A DNA stretch of 63,034 bases, the filler included, from Octopus bimaculoides (taxonomy: Eukaryota): assembly GCF_001194135.2 (NCBI RefSeq). It is 4 parts of 4 records of this genome, joined end to end, with 100 filler letters (N's around TTAATTAATTAA, not from the genome) between each part and the next. Parts side by side here need not be neighbours in the genome. Positions count along the whole stretch, not along the records: positions 1 to 25,529 come from NC_068986.1; 3 more parts are not named here. One strand, written 5' to 3'. Below the pieces are notes generated by a model. That model had not been told where the DNA came from and ran no database searches. It saw nothing but the letters and a program-made list of their open reading frames with translations. Positions within the stretch are counted from its first letter, which is position 1; every line of letters begins with the position of its first letter. Made by a program: the position numbers and the translations under genes. Of the stretch, positions 1 through 13,044 are shown in pieces.

Positions 1-123
1 TATATATATATATATATATGTTTATGCCTTATATAATATTGGATCATGCAATATGATGACATGTCTGTAGTCACACGTGTGGCAATCACCTAATTAGAAA
101 CACAGTTAACACCGTTGTTAATT

Positions 124-125
124 AC

Positions 126-171
<46 letters not shown>

Positions 172-172
172 A

Positions 173-215
<43 letters not shown>
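124..215. repeat. (GTA)n trinucleotide microsatellite
   Basis: Near-perfect gtagtagta run; the poly-Val ORF 115..351 is its translation. Confidence 0.95.
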
Positions 216-216
<1 letters not shown>

Positions 217-500
217 ATATTGGTGGTGGTTGTGGTGTCTGTTATTGCAGAGGTCGGTGCTGGTCATAGCGTTGTTGGCTTTGTTGCTCTTGTTGATGTT
301 CGCATTAGTGTTGGTGTTCTTATTGACGTGCCAGTACCTAACTTACGATGAAAGGTTCTCTAGTCTTTATATTTGGCAAAGTCTACCTAGGACTACACTG
401 TTGTGTATGTAGATTTTGATTTTTGCTATAATGACAGCAGTTTCCGTTTTGAGTATGAGATAGCAGCTATTTCAAACAATTTATACAGGTGCCCCCTTTT

Positions 501-536
<36 letters not shown>

Positions 537-1249
537 NNNNNNNNNNNNNNNNNNNNNNNNNNNNNNNNNNNNNNNNNNNNNNNNNNNNNNNNNNNNNNNN
601 NNNNNNNNNNNNNNNNNNNNNNNNNNNNNNNNNNNNNNNNNNNNNNNNNNNNNNNNNNNNNNNNNNNNNNNNNNNNNNNNNNNNNNNNNNNNNNNNNNNN
701 NNNNNNNNNNNNNNNNNNNNNNNNNNNNNNNNNNNNNNNNNNNNNNNNNNNNNNNNNNNNNNNNNNNNNNNNNNNNNNNNNNNNNNNNNNNNNNNNNNNN
801 NNNNNNNNNNNNNNNNNNNNNNNNNNNNNNNNNNNNNNNNNNNNNNNNNNNNNNNNNNNNNNNNNNNNNNNNNNNNNNNNNNNNNNNNNNNNNNNNNNNN
901 NNNNNNNNNNNNNNNNNNNNNNNNNNNNNNNNNNNNNNNNNNNNNNNNNNNNNNNNNNNNNNNNNNNNNNNNNNNNNNNNNNNNNNNNNNNNNNNNNNNN
1001 NNNNNNNNNNNNNNNNNNNNNNNNNNNNNNNNNNNNNNNNNNNNNNNNNNNNNNNNNNNNNNNNNNNNNNNNNNNNNNNNNNNNNNNNNNNNNNNNNNNN
1101 NNNNNNNNNNNNNNNNNNNNNNNNNNNNNNNNNNNNNNNNNNNNNNNNNNNNNNNNNNNNNNNNNNNNNNNNNNNNNNNNNNNNNNNNNNNNNNNNNNNN
1201 NNNNNNNNNNNNNNNNNNNNNNNNNNNNNNNNNNNNNNNNNNNNNNNNN

Positions 1250-1284
<35 letters not shown>

Positions 1285-1597
1285 CATACATACATGCATA
1301 TGCATGTAAATAAATATATATGGGCATGGGTATAAATACGTGTATATATAGTTATGCGCACAGACATATCTATGCAGTTCTATAATTTTTAATGTATATA
1401 CATTTACATCGCCCACCCACCCCGCGCGTGCGTGAGTGTATATATATATATGCATATTCATATGTACATGGATGTATGTGCGTTTGGTGGAATTTGCGTT
1501 TATATGTGCGGGTGCGTAAGTTCATCAAGGTTTTCATTCATGCGTAGCGAATTATTCAGAAAGATGAAAGGAAAAGGAATTGGTATTTATTTTTACT

Positions 1598-2082
<485 letters not shown>

Positions 2083-2266
2083 NNNNNNNNNNNNNNNNNN
2101 NNNNNNNNNNNNNNNNNNNNNNNNNNNNNNNNNNNNNNNNNNNNNNNNNNNNNNNNNNNNNNNNNNNNNNNNNNNNNNNNNNNNNNNNNNNNNNNNNNNN
2201 NNNNNNNNNNNNNNNNNNNNNNNNNNNNNNNNNNNNNNNNNNNNNNNNNNNNNNNNNTTATGTATG

Positions 2267-2305
<39 letters not shown>

Positions 2306-2488
2306 CTACACACACACACATATTTATAATACTATAATACATATGTATGAGTGTTTGAGGTTGTGTGTGTGGGTGTGCATCTGTGTTTTTGAGAATAAAG
2401 TTATATATATATATATATTATTTATACACCATATGTGTGTATTTGTCTCCATTCCACTTCTTTATATTCAATTATTGTTTAATCGTTT

Positions 2489-2622
<134 letters not shown>

Positions 2623-2883
2623 ATGTATGTATACATTAATATTGTACCTACTTGTTGATTATTTGTCGATGTTTCTTATTTTTACAGACATATTTTGCTT
2701 TCTGCCTATATCTCTGTGTCTATTTTTATTTCTATATGTATTGATCTACTACTTATCTATCTGCTTCCGTATCTATATATTTGTGGTTATGCTACCTATT
2801 TATGTATGCCTAGCCATATGTTTAACAAGTACTTTACCTATCTTTCTAGCTTTTTCTCAAAGAATTTATATGTCTTATATCAT

Positions 2884-2885
<2 letters not shown>

Positions 2886-2974
<89 letters not shown>

Positions 2975-2975
2975 T
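2886..2975. repeat. (GATA)n microsatellite
   Basis: Perfect gata run; others at about 14860-15008, 23255-23331 and 26995-27048. Confidence 0.95.
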
Positions 2976-3532
2976 AGGTACGTACGTATGTAGGTATGTA
3001 TATGTGTGTGTGAATGTATATAGATATGTATATATATATAATTATTAAGAGAAGTTCAAGAGAAAAAATAGATATGCATATAGGCAGGAAGAAAGCGAGA
3101 AACAGGCATGAATATATCTGTATATATATGTAAGTGTATATGTGTATATAGACACTTATTTATATAGGTATCTATGTATTCATGCATGCATGCGTATACG
3201 TACGCTAGCATGTATGCATGTATGTATGTTTGTATGTATGTATGTATGTATGTATGTATGCATGTATGTATGTATATATGTATGTATTTATGTATGTAAA
3301 TGTGGGTGGATTGATGGATGTACGTATGTACATATATATTCTCATAAATTAATATAAATGAATTTTTCGAAATATTTGTTAATTTTTACATATTTTCTTT
3401 TTTTTAACTAGCAATTAGTATTCGAGTTGCGAATACATTGTAAGTTACTTGTGAGTTAGATTTATCTATAGATATATGTATGTATGCATGTACGTGTGTA
3501 TGCTTGAGTGAGTATATACACACACGTGTATA

Positions 3533-3566
<34 letters not shown>

Positions 3567-3573
3567 CAGGTAC

Positions 3574-3614
<41 letters not shown>

Positions 3615-4484
3615 NNNNNNNNNNNNNNNNNNNNNGAGGGGGGGAGATAGATAGATAAATTGATACATGGATTGAAAGATAGATAGAAAAATTTATGTAC
3701 GTATACCTACAAATAGACAGGTAGATTTAGATAGATTTCAAATGAACTTGCTAATAATGTAATATAATTAATAATATCAATCTACAAAACATTGTTTTGT
3801 TATTTATATCTAAGAAGAATTTTTATGTTGTCTTCTCTCTAACTACTTCATTGATAGTGACTTGGACAACTTTAACAAAAGGAAATTCGTGATTGAAAAT
3901 CGAATCTCTTGGCCCTTAGGATATTTACAGATATTTTCATGAATTGATTATGAAAGGTTCTTTAATTACTGCAAGATGATCTAAAATGGAAAAAACATCT
4001 TTCGTCGAACATGTGCCGAGTATAAAAAATATTTGAAAAACTCCTAATAAAACGAATCTTATCAACATGCCATTATGTGTTTTTCGTTTTTTTTTTCTTT
4101 TTTTGTATTCAATAATCCTATTTTGAAGAAATAGCAGATTCCAGAATTTGCAGTGTTTTGATTCGTCTTACAATTTTCTGCTATGACAAAACATTTTAGA
4201 ATTATTTTGCTTATTAATCTTCTGGAATAAATTAGTATTTGTTATTATTTTAAAATTGCCCATTCAAAATACTATATTAATTCTCTTGCGAATGGTATCC
4301 TTTTGACTAGAAGGAAAAAATAATTATTCTTTCGTATATGTCCTAATATAATACGTACGTCCAATGGTCATATGTTCTTTTATGGTCAGTGAAGAAAATA
4401 AGATTAAACGTATGTTAGGTTCTTTTGGTTGCAAACATTCTCTCGGCATGAAACAATATATGTTTTCTTACCTAAGCTCTTCAC

Positions 4485-4640
4485 TGAAGACGTCATATTC
4501 TTTTAAACTATTATAACGTTACAACAAATTATTTCGTTTAAAGAGATAAAGTTAGAATAAAACCTATAATGTTCGTCCATCGGTGCGACGGAGATCATTG
4601 GTCATCCTTAAGTATAATCAATGACTTGCGCAATGACTTT
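4485..4640 (+). promoter_or_regulatory. Candidate Pol II promoter upstream of putative first exon
   Basis: GACGTCA (CRE-like, 4489-4495), ATTGG (reverse CCAAT, 4597-4601), TATAAT (4613-4618), TTGCGCAAT (C/EBP-like, 4626-4634). CpGs are locally more frequent than in the flanks. Motif matches only. Confidence 0.35.
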
Positions 4641-4835
4641 CTTTAAAGTGAAGAATTGTTGCGCACCGTCAACCCCACTCTTTCGACTGTGACTGTCTTC
4701 AATCTAGTGGCGGACCAGATCAAGACGACTGGGGATGGAGACGTATATAGTGTATGACCAAAATGACTTGCTTGCTTCATTTTGCTCTCTGCAATGCCCA
4801 ATGCGTTGCTGCAACCGCCTTCTACTCGTTGAACC

Positions 4836-4875
4836 ATGGAAATTTCTTCCACTTTGTCTGCCGGATTGAGTCAGG
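4836..4875 (+). CDS. Putative first coding exon of an unidentified host gene (MEISSTLSAGLSQ, phase 1)
   Basis: Strong Kozak context accATGG at 4836 and consensus donor AGG|GTAAGT at 4876. Peptide not recognised. An upstream ATG at 4763 is also open to the donor in another frame. Confidence 0.4.
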
Positions 4876-5439
4876 GTAAGTCTATTAGAGGAAGCGAAAG
4901 TTATCCATTAAAATAAACACTTCAGTCCAAATATGAAAACCTTATTTTTCTTGATAAACGTAAAGATAACTGTGATTCATCTGGATTTTGAGATATTATC
5001 AAATTGGAACTTCGAAGGCATATTATTGAAGTTGATACTTCGAAGTCTGTGCACTGAAATGAATACTTTCAAGTCGGGAGATTACTTCTGAAAGTGTTAA
5101 ACTGATCCCTGTTTGAATTTTAAAATATATAACATAATACTACGACTTCATGTTTGCTTATTTAGACATATTCCGACACAAAGAAAATATTTTATTCGTG
5201 TAGTAAGTAGTATTAAGTAGAAGGAACAGAGGATCATTGAAAAGAAGTTTGAAAAGTAATAGTATTCTTGAAAGATTAACAAACAGTTCCATCACTTTGA
5301 AGGAGGAAGATCAGTTGGATTACAGAAGAAGAATGTATGAAGTTGTGAGGAAACATTCATTATTGGACACCATCACATTAACACAAATGTCGATGTGATT
5401 CCATTCAAATAGTCGGAATTTACCTCGTTCCCAAACGTC

Positions 5440-5970
5440 CTTATCCTTATCCAAGTCTCCATCACACGTGTAGGAAGAAACCTCCATGAACTCCTTCCAC
5501 TACTCTCCGTCTCTGGCCAGTCGTGGCTATGTAGACCCCCATGTAGCGAGTGAGATTGTCTCGCCATTTTGCCTTTGGTCGGCCTCTTAATCTTGTCCAT
5601 TAACTTGGTATTCAATCTTTCATCTTAATTGTCGATCTTTGGTCCTTCAGTCATGTGATGTGGCCAGCATATCTATATTTGTCCCCCTTGACAGTTCTTA
5701 TGATGTTGTCGACTTGCGTGTGCTGTCGACTTTCGTTAGTTTCCTTGTTCCGCAATGTGATGGCAAGCATGATTCGTTCCATTTTCCGTTGGGCTACATT
5801 GAAGGCTTTCCTGATGGTAGTATTGTTAGCCCATGTTTTACTTCTGTAAATCATCACTGGTTGGATGTACTTGTTGAAGACTTTTCTTCTGATTTTTAAG
5901 GGCACCTTGAGAATTCTCATGAGGGTTTCCACCTTCCGAAAGATCGCCCGCGAATTTTTTCCCCACAAGA
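5440..5970 (-). mobile_element. RTE-clade LINE, 3' RT fragment (decayed)
   Basis: ORF 5651..5968 reads LKIRRKVFNKYIQPVMIYRSKTW...AQRKMERIMLAITLRNK...YRYAGHI, and ORF 5373..5615 has GRSSWR. Both match the RTE post-RT C-terminus (KRKVFNQCVLPVMTYG.ETW...AQRAMERAMLG.SLRD...KWRWAGHI). Confidence 0.85.
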
Positions 5971-6608
5971 GTTCCGGACCCCAGTAATGAACTCATTTGC
6001 ATACAGCCAATCGGAGCTCACCTTGACCTTGTTGTCAAGTTAATAAACACACTCTACCAAGTAAATTTAAGACGAGGAACAGCCTCAAATCTTATTAAAG
6101 ACTGAAGAACATGGACAACGTAATTCTAACCACACCACTTTTGAGATTTGGCAGAATCATAACTGGAAATTCTTTGATTTCAGGTTTTTCTGCTCTATTA
6201 CAGTTCAGCAAGGGTCAAACAGCAAATATAGCAGCTAACTAAATAATAAGCTAACTAAATAATAGATAGTCAGTAAATATCTTATGTACAAACTAGTTCT
6301 AGCACAATAAATATGAATTTTTCATAAAGGAAACAAAGAACAGCTAAACTACACATCAATTTATTCGAACGTACTGAATATCTGCATTTATTGAAATCGA
6401 TCCTGTAAGCTAACAAATTACAAATCAATTAATCAAAGCTTCAATACTACACCAATATAGTTAATTATAATTTGTTTAGTAATATTTTACTATGATTCGT
6501 TTGAGTGTGTGTGGATGTGCGTCTTAGTGTAGCATAGCACTGTTTGAGTTTGCTTTTCTTTATAACCAGACACGTATGTTTCTTTGTTTCGTCTAATGAT
6601 TCTCTTAG

Positions 6609-6631
6609 GTCAATATTTGCATCTGGAATTT
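6609..6631 (+). CDS. Candidate 23-nt microexon
   Basis: CTAAT branch-like motif, pyrimidine tract and TTAG acceptor; GTAAGT donor at 6632. In phase with exon 4836-4875 it reads GQYLHLEF. Confidence 0.3.
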
Positions 6632-6931
6632 GTAAGTTGAAATGGGGCATTGATATTCACTTTGAATTAATAGGAGGAGCATAGTTTTACTGTATGGCGA
6701 CTCTCGTCTTCAGGTGGTTACTTCCGTGATTTAATAGTACTAATTATTAGTTTTTATTTCAATTATATGATTCTAAGTTCTTTTTTTTCATAGTTTACTT
6801 CCTTTCTAACACTTGTATTTCATGAGAGCGAGAAAATTGTATTGCTGTCTATGTTGCGGATTTACAGGCATGTGGTTAATAAACAGATTTTAAAACTTGC
6901 TCTGAGCATACACGCTAAAGTCAATCCACAG

Positions 6932-6974
6932 AGCTCTCAGTAGCCAAGGAGAAACTTGCTTCTTATCAACTTTC
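6932..6974 (+). CDS. Candidate 43-nt exon
   Basis: CACAG acceptor and strong GTGAGT donor at 6975. Spliced directly to 4875 it reads ELSVAKEKLASYQL. The pyrimidine tract is weak. Confidence 0.22.
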
Positions 6975-7259
6975 GTGAGTTCATCGTCAGGATGAGCTGA
7001 TGATGATTTCAAAAAAGAATTTAACACAAAGTAATCCATGAAATTTATCAGATTAAGATAAGCCAGGACTTATTTACGCGGGTGTGCAATGATTCTCGTA
7101 CGTAGTAATAAAATGGAGGAATGAAAGTACGTAGGGCCAAACTTATACTGTTATGTAAATAAATTCGGGCCTAGCTAGTCGCACAGATATTTTCACAAAG
7201 TATATCTGACTACTATCTCTAAAGTATTAGCCTAAGTTTGGCTTATCTTGAACATATTA

Positions 7260-7429
7260 CCGTATTTTAACGTGTATAAGGAACCGTTTTTGTCAAAGAT
7301 TAGGTTTTAAAAAATATGGGAATTTCTTATATATGGATACATGGATAGTATCATCATCCCTTACAAAACCTTTTTGCCAAATTTTAAGCTCACCAAATTA
7401 AGGGGTTCTTTATACACGTTAAAATACGG
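7260..7429. mobile_element. 170-bp pogo/Tc2-type MITE
   Basis: 26-bp TIRs with 1 mismatch: CCGTATTTTAACGTGTATAAGGAACC (7260-7285) vs the reverse complement of 7404-7429. TA on the left flank, AT on the right. Confidence 0.85.
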
Positions 7430-9118
7430 ATCATATGCTCAACACATACTTCGACTTCGACGGGGGTGTTCGTCATATATATATANNNNNNNNNNNNNNN
7501 NNNNNNNNNNNNNNNNNNNNNNNNNNNNNNNNNNNNNNNNNNNNNNNNNNNNNNNNNNNNNNNNNNNNNNNNNNNNNNNNNNNNNNNNNNNNNNNNNNNN
7601 NNNNNNNNNNNNNNNNNNNNNNNNNNNNNNNNNNNNNNNNNNNNNNNNNNNNNNNNNNNNNNNNNNNNNNNNNNNNNNNNNNNNNNNNNNNNNNNNNNNN
7701 NNNNNNNNNNNNNNNNNNNNNNNNNNNNNNNNNNNNNNNNNNNNNNNNNNNNNNNNNNNNNNNNNNNNNNNNNNNNNNNNNNNNNNNNNNNNNNNNNNNN
7801 NNNNNNNNNNNNNNNNNNNNNNNNNNNNNNNNNNNNNNNNNNNNNNNNNNNNNNNNNNNNNNNNNNNNNNNNNNNNNNNNNNNNNNNNNNNNNNNNNNNN
7901 NNNNNNNNNNNNNNNNNNNNNNNNNNNNNNNNNNNNNNNNNNNNNNNNNNNNNNNNNNNNNNNNNNNNNNNNNNNNNNNNNNNNNNNNNNNNNNNNNNNN
8001 NNNNNNNNNNNNNNNNNNNNNNNNNNNNNNNNNNNNNNNNNNNNNNNNNNNNNNNNNNNNNNNNNNNNNNNNNNNNNNNNNNNNNNNNNNNNNNNNNNNN
8101 NNNNNNNNNNNNNNNNNNNNNNNNNNNNNNNNNNNNNNNNNNNNNNNNNNNNNNNNNNNNNNNNNNNNNNNNNNNNNNNNNNNNNNNNNNAGAATATATA
8201 TATATTTATTTCACTTTTAACTTTTAACACGTCTATGAAGAGATTTTCTTTCTTGCAAAAACCGAAGCATCTTGCATATCTAAGTTACAGATACTTGAAG
8301 TATGCTGCTGCACAGATAACACTTGAAAAGCAAGTGACATTTTAAAGAAGTATTTAATTTGATATTTTATTTTTATATCATATTGGGTTTGAAATCTGTT
8401 TTTTTCTATTATTCAGGTTTGTGGAACGAAAGCACAATAGCTCAGATTAGTTTTTGTTACTTTGAGAGCTCACAGGGTTTTAACCTGCAGAGGTTAGTGA
8501 TTATTCTTAGAAACAACATATTTCAACCAGGTACAATATTTATATTCTAAACATATTTTTTAAACGATATCGTCGAAATTAGAATATGATAAGAATGATT
8601 TATTGTTATTGGGTAGATACTGGACTGATGATAAGCCAGCTCCAGTGTAATTATATTATGTCTTCGTATTCCAAAAATAGTTTAACATGAGAACAATATT
8701 ACACGAAATACTGTGAAATTATGGGGCGCTAGTTGAATATAAGAACAATAGTATAAGAAGAAATAAATAATAAACCACTGTAAATTCACTTTAGTTATAT
8801 TAAAACAGAATAACTGCCTATTAAAGAGACAGCATAAAAAGGGAAGAACTCCATCGCCATTTAGCTAGATAGCAGAGTTGGTCAAAATATACAGGGTTGT
8901 ACAGATATAAGGAGATGTCGACATCTAATTGTCTAAGTATTATCTATATGTCTACGCTGAAATATATACATATTCATTACTTCTTTTATTCTTGAATTAA
9001 AAATTGCCATTAAAAACTATTAATGACATTTTCTCATTTATTAGAAATAGCCCCGCGGAACATCTAACATCCTCAATTATTTTATATTCAAATTAGTTCT
9101 GAGTGATGTGTGGATTTA

Positions 9119-9177
<59 letters not shown>

Positions 9178-9842
9178 NNNNNNNNNNNNNNNNNNNNNNN
9201 NNNNNNTGTCCGCGTGTGTGTATGTGTGTGTGTGTGTGTGTGTGAGTGTGTATGTGTGTGTGTGTGTGCGTGTGTGTGACCTCTTCCGTGTGCGCGCGAG
9301 CGCGTATGCGTATATATTGACATACGTAAATGAGACGATAAAAAGTGGGCTTCATCGTGAAGTTAGGAAAAAAATCATTGAGAGGAAGTGCGAAAGAGAG
9401 AGGGAGAGGGGGACAGGTGTAATAAAAGTCACACACATAAATACATACATACCTACATAGTGGGTGACTGACAAACAGAGATATAGATAGACAAATATAC
9501 ACACAGATATCAACATATAGAGAGGAAAAGTGAAACAAAAGAAAGAGAAAAAAAGCGAAACAATTAGAAACTTCAGACACAACACTTTACACAGAAAATA
9601 AAGAAGATACATAACCTAGTACCCAAAAAGGGAACAGGGATGGGTTACAATGAATATTCAAATACACTTGTTTATAATGTATCAGACGGCACGTCACGTG
9701 ATATTGTGCCTCATCGTCGTATTTTGCATTTTTATAGTTTTAAGGTGCAAAAAATACAAGGAATTTTGAGAAACAAAACGAAAATAATGACGGGTAGCTT
9801 GTACAGACCCCATATGTCTAATATATATATATGCATATGTGT

Positions 9843-10147
9843 TATTTCTTTACTACCCACAAGGGGCTACACACAGAGGGGACAAACAAGGACAGACAAA
9901 CGGATTAAGTCGATTATATCGACCCCGGTGCGTAACTGGTACTTTATTTACACGACCCCGAAAGGNNNNNNNNNNTAAGTCGATTATATCGACCCCGGTG
10001 CGTAACTGGTACTTTATTTACACGACCACGAAAGGATGAAAGGCAAAGTCGACCTCGGCGGAATATGAACTCAGAACGTAGCGGCAGACGAAATACCGCT
10101 AAGTATTTCGTCCGGCGTGCTAACGTTTCTGCCAGCTCACCGCCCTG
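9843..10147 (-). mobile_element. SINE family A (head AAGGCGGCGAGCTGGCAGAA; tail CCCCTTGTGGGTAGTAAAGAAATA)
   Basis: Matches other copies in the window (13849, 34870, 43873). Flanked by a 16-bp TSD with 1 mismatch, ATAT[A/T]TGCATATGTGT (9827-9842 / 10148-10163). B-box-like G[A]GTTCA[A/T]ATTCC. Confidence 0.85.
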
Positions 10148-10227
10148 ATATTTGCATATGTGTGTGTGTGTGTGTATGTGTGTGAATGTACATTTCTCCG
10201 GGAGTGTGTATATCTCCGAAGCACAAG

Positions 10228-10492
10228 TCCGGGCAAGTCTGTTTACGGAAGACCAGCATGCGACCATGCATAGCAAACTTCCCTCTTCATGCCACCAATG
10301 TTATGCAAGGGAAAGGCAAAGGCTGATACAGTTTGGCGCCAGTGGTGTCGCAACTCATTTCTACAGCTGAGTGGAATGGAGCAACGTGAAATAAAGTGTC
10401 TTGCTCAAGAGCACAACACACAGCCCAGTCCAAGAATCAAGCTTCAATAACTCGTGATTGTGAGCCCGACGCACTAATCAGTGAGCCATGAG
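10228..10492 (-). mobile_element. tRNA-headed SINE family C
   Basis: Minus-strand head followed by TGTGCTCTTGAGCAAGACACTTTATTTCACGTTGCTCC; related degenerate copies at about 40615-40870 (+) and 51398-51528 (-). Confidence 0.65.
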
Positions 10493-12730
10493 CCATCATC
10501 ATCTTGTAGAGTAGTTACTTGCACATGCGTGAGAACTTTTCGTATTTGAATACGAATATAGCTTGCGATAGGGGTCGATATTCCATCAACATAACTGTAT
10601 AAAGATTTTAAAAAATACAAGACTCAAAATAGTGTATAGATGAATATGTTGTTATAAAGTCATAGGTAAGTTTAGCTCCACAGATAGATCATATGGTAAC
10701 AGTTGTGACTGTTAGATAGATCATATGTTAGATCTGTTGTGACTGTTAGATCATATGGTAAAAGTTGTCGCTACCCAGTTTTTAGTTTTCCAGGTGTGTA
10801 TCTTCCACTATATATTTTGCTATCCAAAGTGTCAGTTTGCTATTTCTGTAGGATGTTAGTATGGAAGGAGTATTACTGCGAATTCTTCCAAGTTGAGTTA
10901 CAGCGTTGATATACCCCGTTTGACGCGCTAATCATAAGATAATTTGGTATGTAAATTTCTTCAAGAAAAATTACTTCAATTCCAGTTTCAAAAATAATCA
11001 TCTTAATCCAATTGTCTTGCAGCTTAATATGCCTCTATCTACATCAACTTGTAAATAGTCTTCCAAATGTAGCAAAGTTTTGCCTGATTGTTCAATTTAT
11101 TGAAATTGTAGACTACTGACAGCATAGCATATACTTAAAACAAAGGTGCTTCTCTACATATTCATATGGAATTGCGCATGGAAGTATTTGGGAAAAAATA
11201 ACAGAATTAGATTTTGGGGACGAACGACAAACGAACTGAGCTAGTCAATCATTAACAAGTAGTTCAGTGTTCTAGTATTTGCGTGATTCTAACCAATGGC
11301 TTTTTTAAAGAATGTTCCAAATTCTACACAGATTGTGAGTCTTGTCATGAAGTAGAGGCAATATTTGCACAAGCATAGTGACAGAATATTTTTTTCTGTT
11401 GGTAATCAATGTTAAGTGAGGCTTGAACCGTGTCAAAATATAACACTTTTGCATTTTCATTGTCGTTCACTATGTTTATTAAATACAAATATAACAAAAG
11501 TTTATCACAAATTCATCCATTAACACAAGTTTCCTTATTGATAGCTTCCAAAGTAATGAAATTCATTGCTTTTATATGACAGAATGCTAGTTTATTTGAC
11601 ACTTGTAACTAAATAGAAATAGCTTCGGGGTCCTTTTTTATGCTTTTTCATAGAAGATAGAGAATTTTAACGGACGCCATTGTAGATGTTTGCAAGTTCT
11701 GATGCTAGAAACTGTTGCAACAAGAGGTAACATAATTATTGACTTTGTACACTATCAAAAGTTATTTCAAATCAATAAAAATAATGACAAAATACTTTTT
11801 ACATCATTATGCTCTGATTACGATATCTTAATGTGAATATGTTTTTCGCTACATGAACAGCAAGGGCAGAAGCAAGTTGGCATTTCGTGTAATCGATTAT
11901 TAATGGCAGTTTTCAGCCTTTTTGGTGGAAATTATCAAACAATTTTGCCAGCAATCATAAGGCAGCATAAAGCTTCTCTAATTACTAAAATCTTTGTCAC
12001 GTTGGTTATTCAGTAGCCATACAATAACTACTGTTTGTGAATCAATAGGTATTTTACTTGTAACCATCAACAAATAATCACCACTGTTTATTTTAATACT
12101 TCTTCCGTGATTTGATCCATTTCAGATTTCTTCTCTTTCTTTTGCTTTATTATCTTTTTCTTTTCTTTCTTCATTTATCAGTAGATTATTTTTTCCCCTT
12201 GGAACCTCGTCCATACTAGATTTTGTCAATACTAGGTGACAATTATTCTGCTCTGTTGAAATTGCTGAATATAACGCTTGATCTGATCGTTGGTTAATTA
12301 AAAACACACCGAGTCTTCAATCCAACGAGATTTCGCTCTTTCACCAGATAACAGAATTTACAATTTAATTGCCACTTAGAAATTGATTTTCCCCTCTTGG
12401 CATTTTGTTAGTGATCTTGCAAAATATTTTGTTTCATGGATAGAAGATTTCAAACTATACGTACATCTCTCTCTCTATTTCTTTCTCTTTCTCTCTCTCT
12501 TTTCTGCCCTCTCTCTCTCTCCCTCTCTCTTTCACTCTCTCTTACTCTTTAGGTGATTAAGCGGGCGTTGCTATGACTATGTGATTAAGAAGTTCTGTTC
12601 GTAACTACTTGAGTTTCAGTTGATCCCACTGAAAAGTAGTTTCTGTATTTCATTTCTGGAATAACCTCGGAGTAGCCAATGCCTTTTGAGTGCAATTTAG
12701 TGGTGGAAAACCTTAGAACGTTGCAGTGTA

Positions 12731-12773
<43 letters not shown>

Positions 12774-13005
12774 GTATATANNNNNNNNNNNNNNNNNNNN
12801 NNNNNNNNNNNNNNNNNNNNNNNNNNNNNNNNNNNNNNNNNNNNNNNNNNNNNNNNNNNNNNNNNNNNNNNNNNNNNNNNNNNNNNNNNNNNNNNNNNNN
12901 NNNNNNNNNNNNNNNNNNNNNNNNNNNNNNNNNNNNNNNNNNNNNNNNNNNNNNNNNNNNNNNNNNNNNNNNNNNNNNNNNNNNNNNNNNNNNNNNNNNN
13001 NNNNN

Positions 13006-13044
<39 letters not shown>

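Noticed and set aside
115-412. Poly-Val or hydrophobic ORFs (and a Thr-rich antisense reading)
   Set aside because: Translation of (GTA)n and cryptic GTT/GGT triplets; no splice signals or domain.
6570-6573. 4-nt microexon ACAC between CAG and GTATGT
   Set aside because: It would leave a 35-nt intron before 6609, implausibly short; likely a chance motif.
8418-8493. Candidate exon (TTCAG acceptor, GTTAGT donor; LWNESTIAQISFCY...)
   Set aside because: Open in only one frame, peptide unrecognisable, and cannot be linked uniquely to the upstream candidates.
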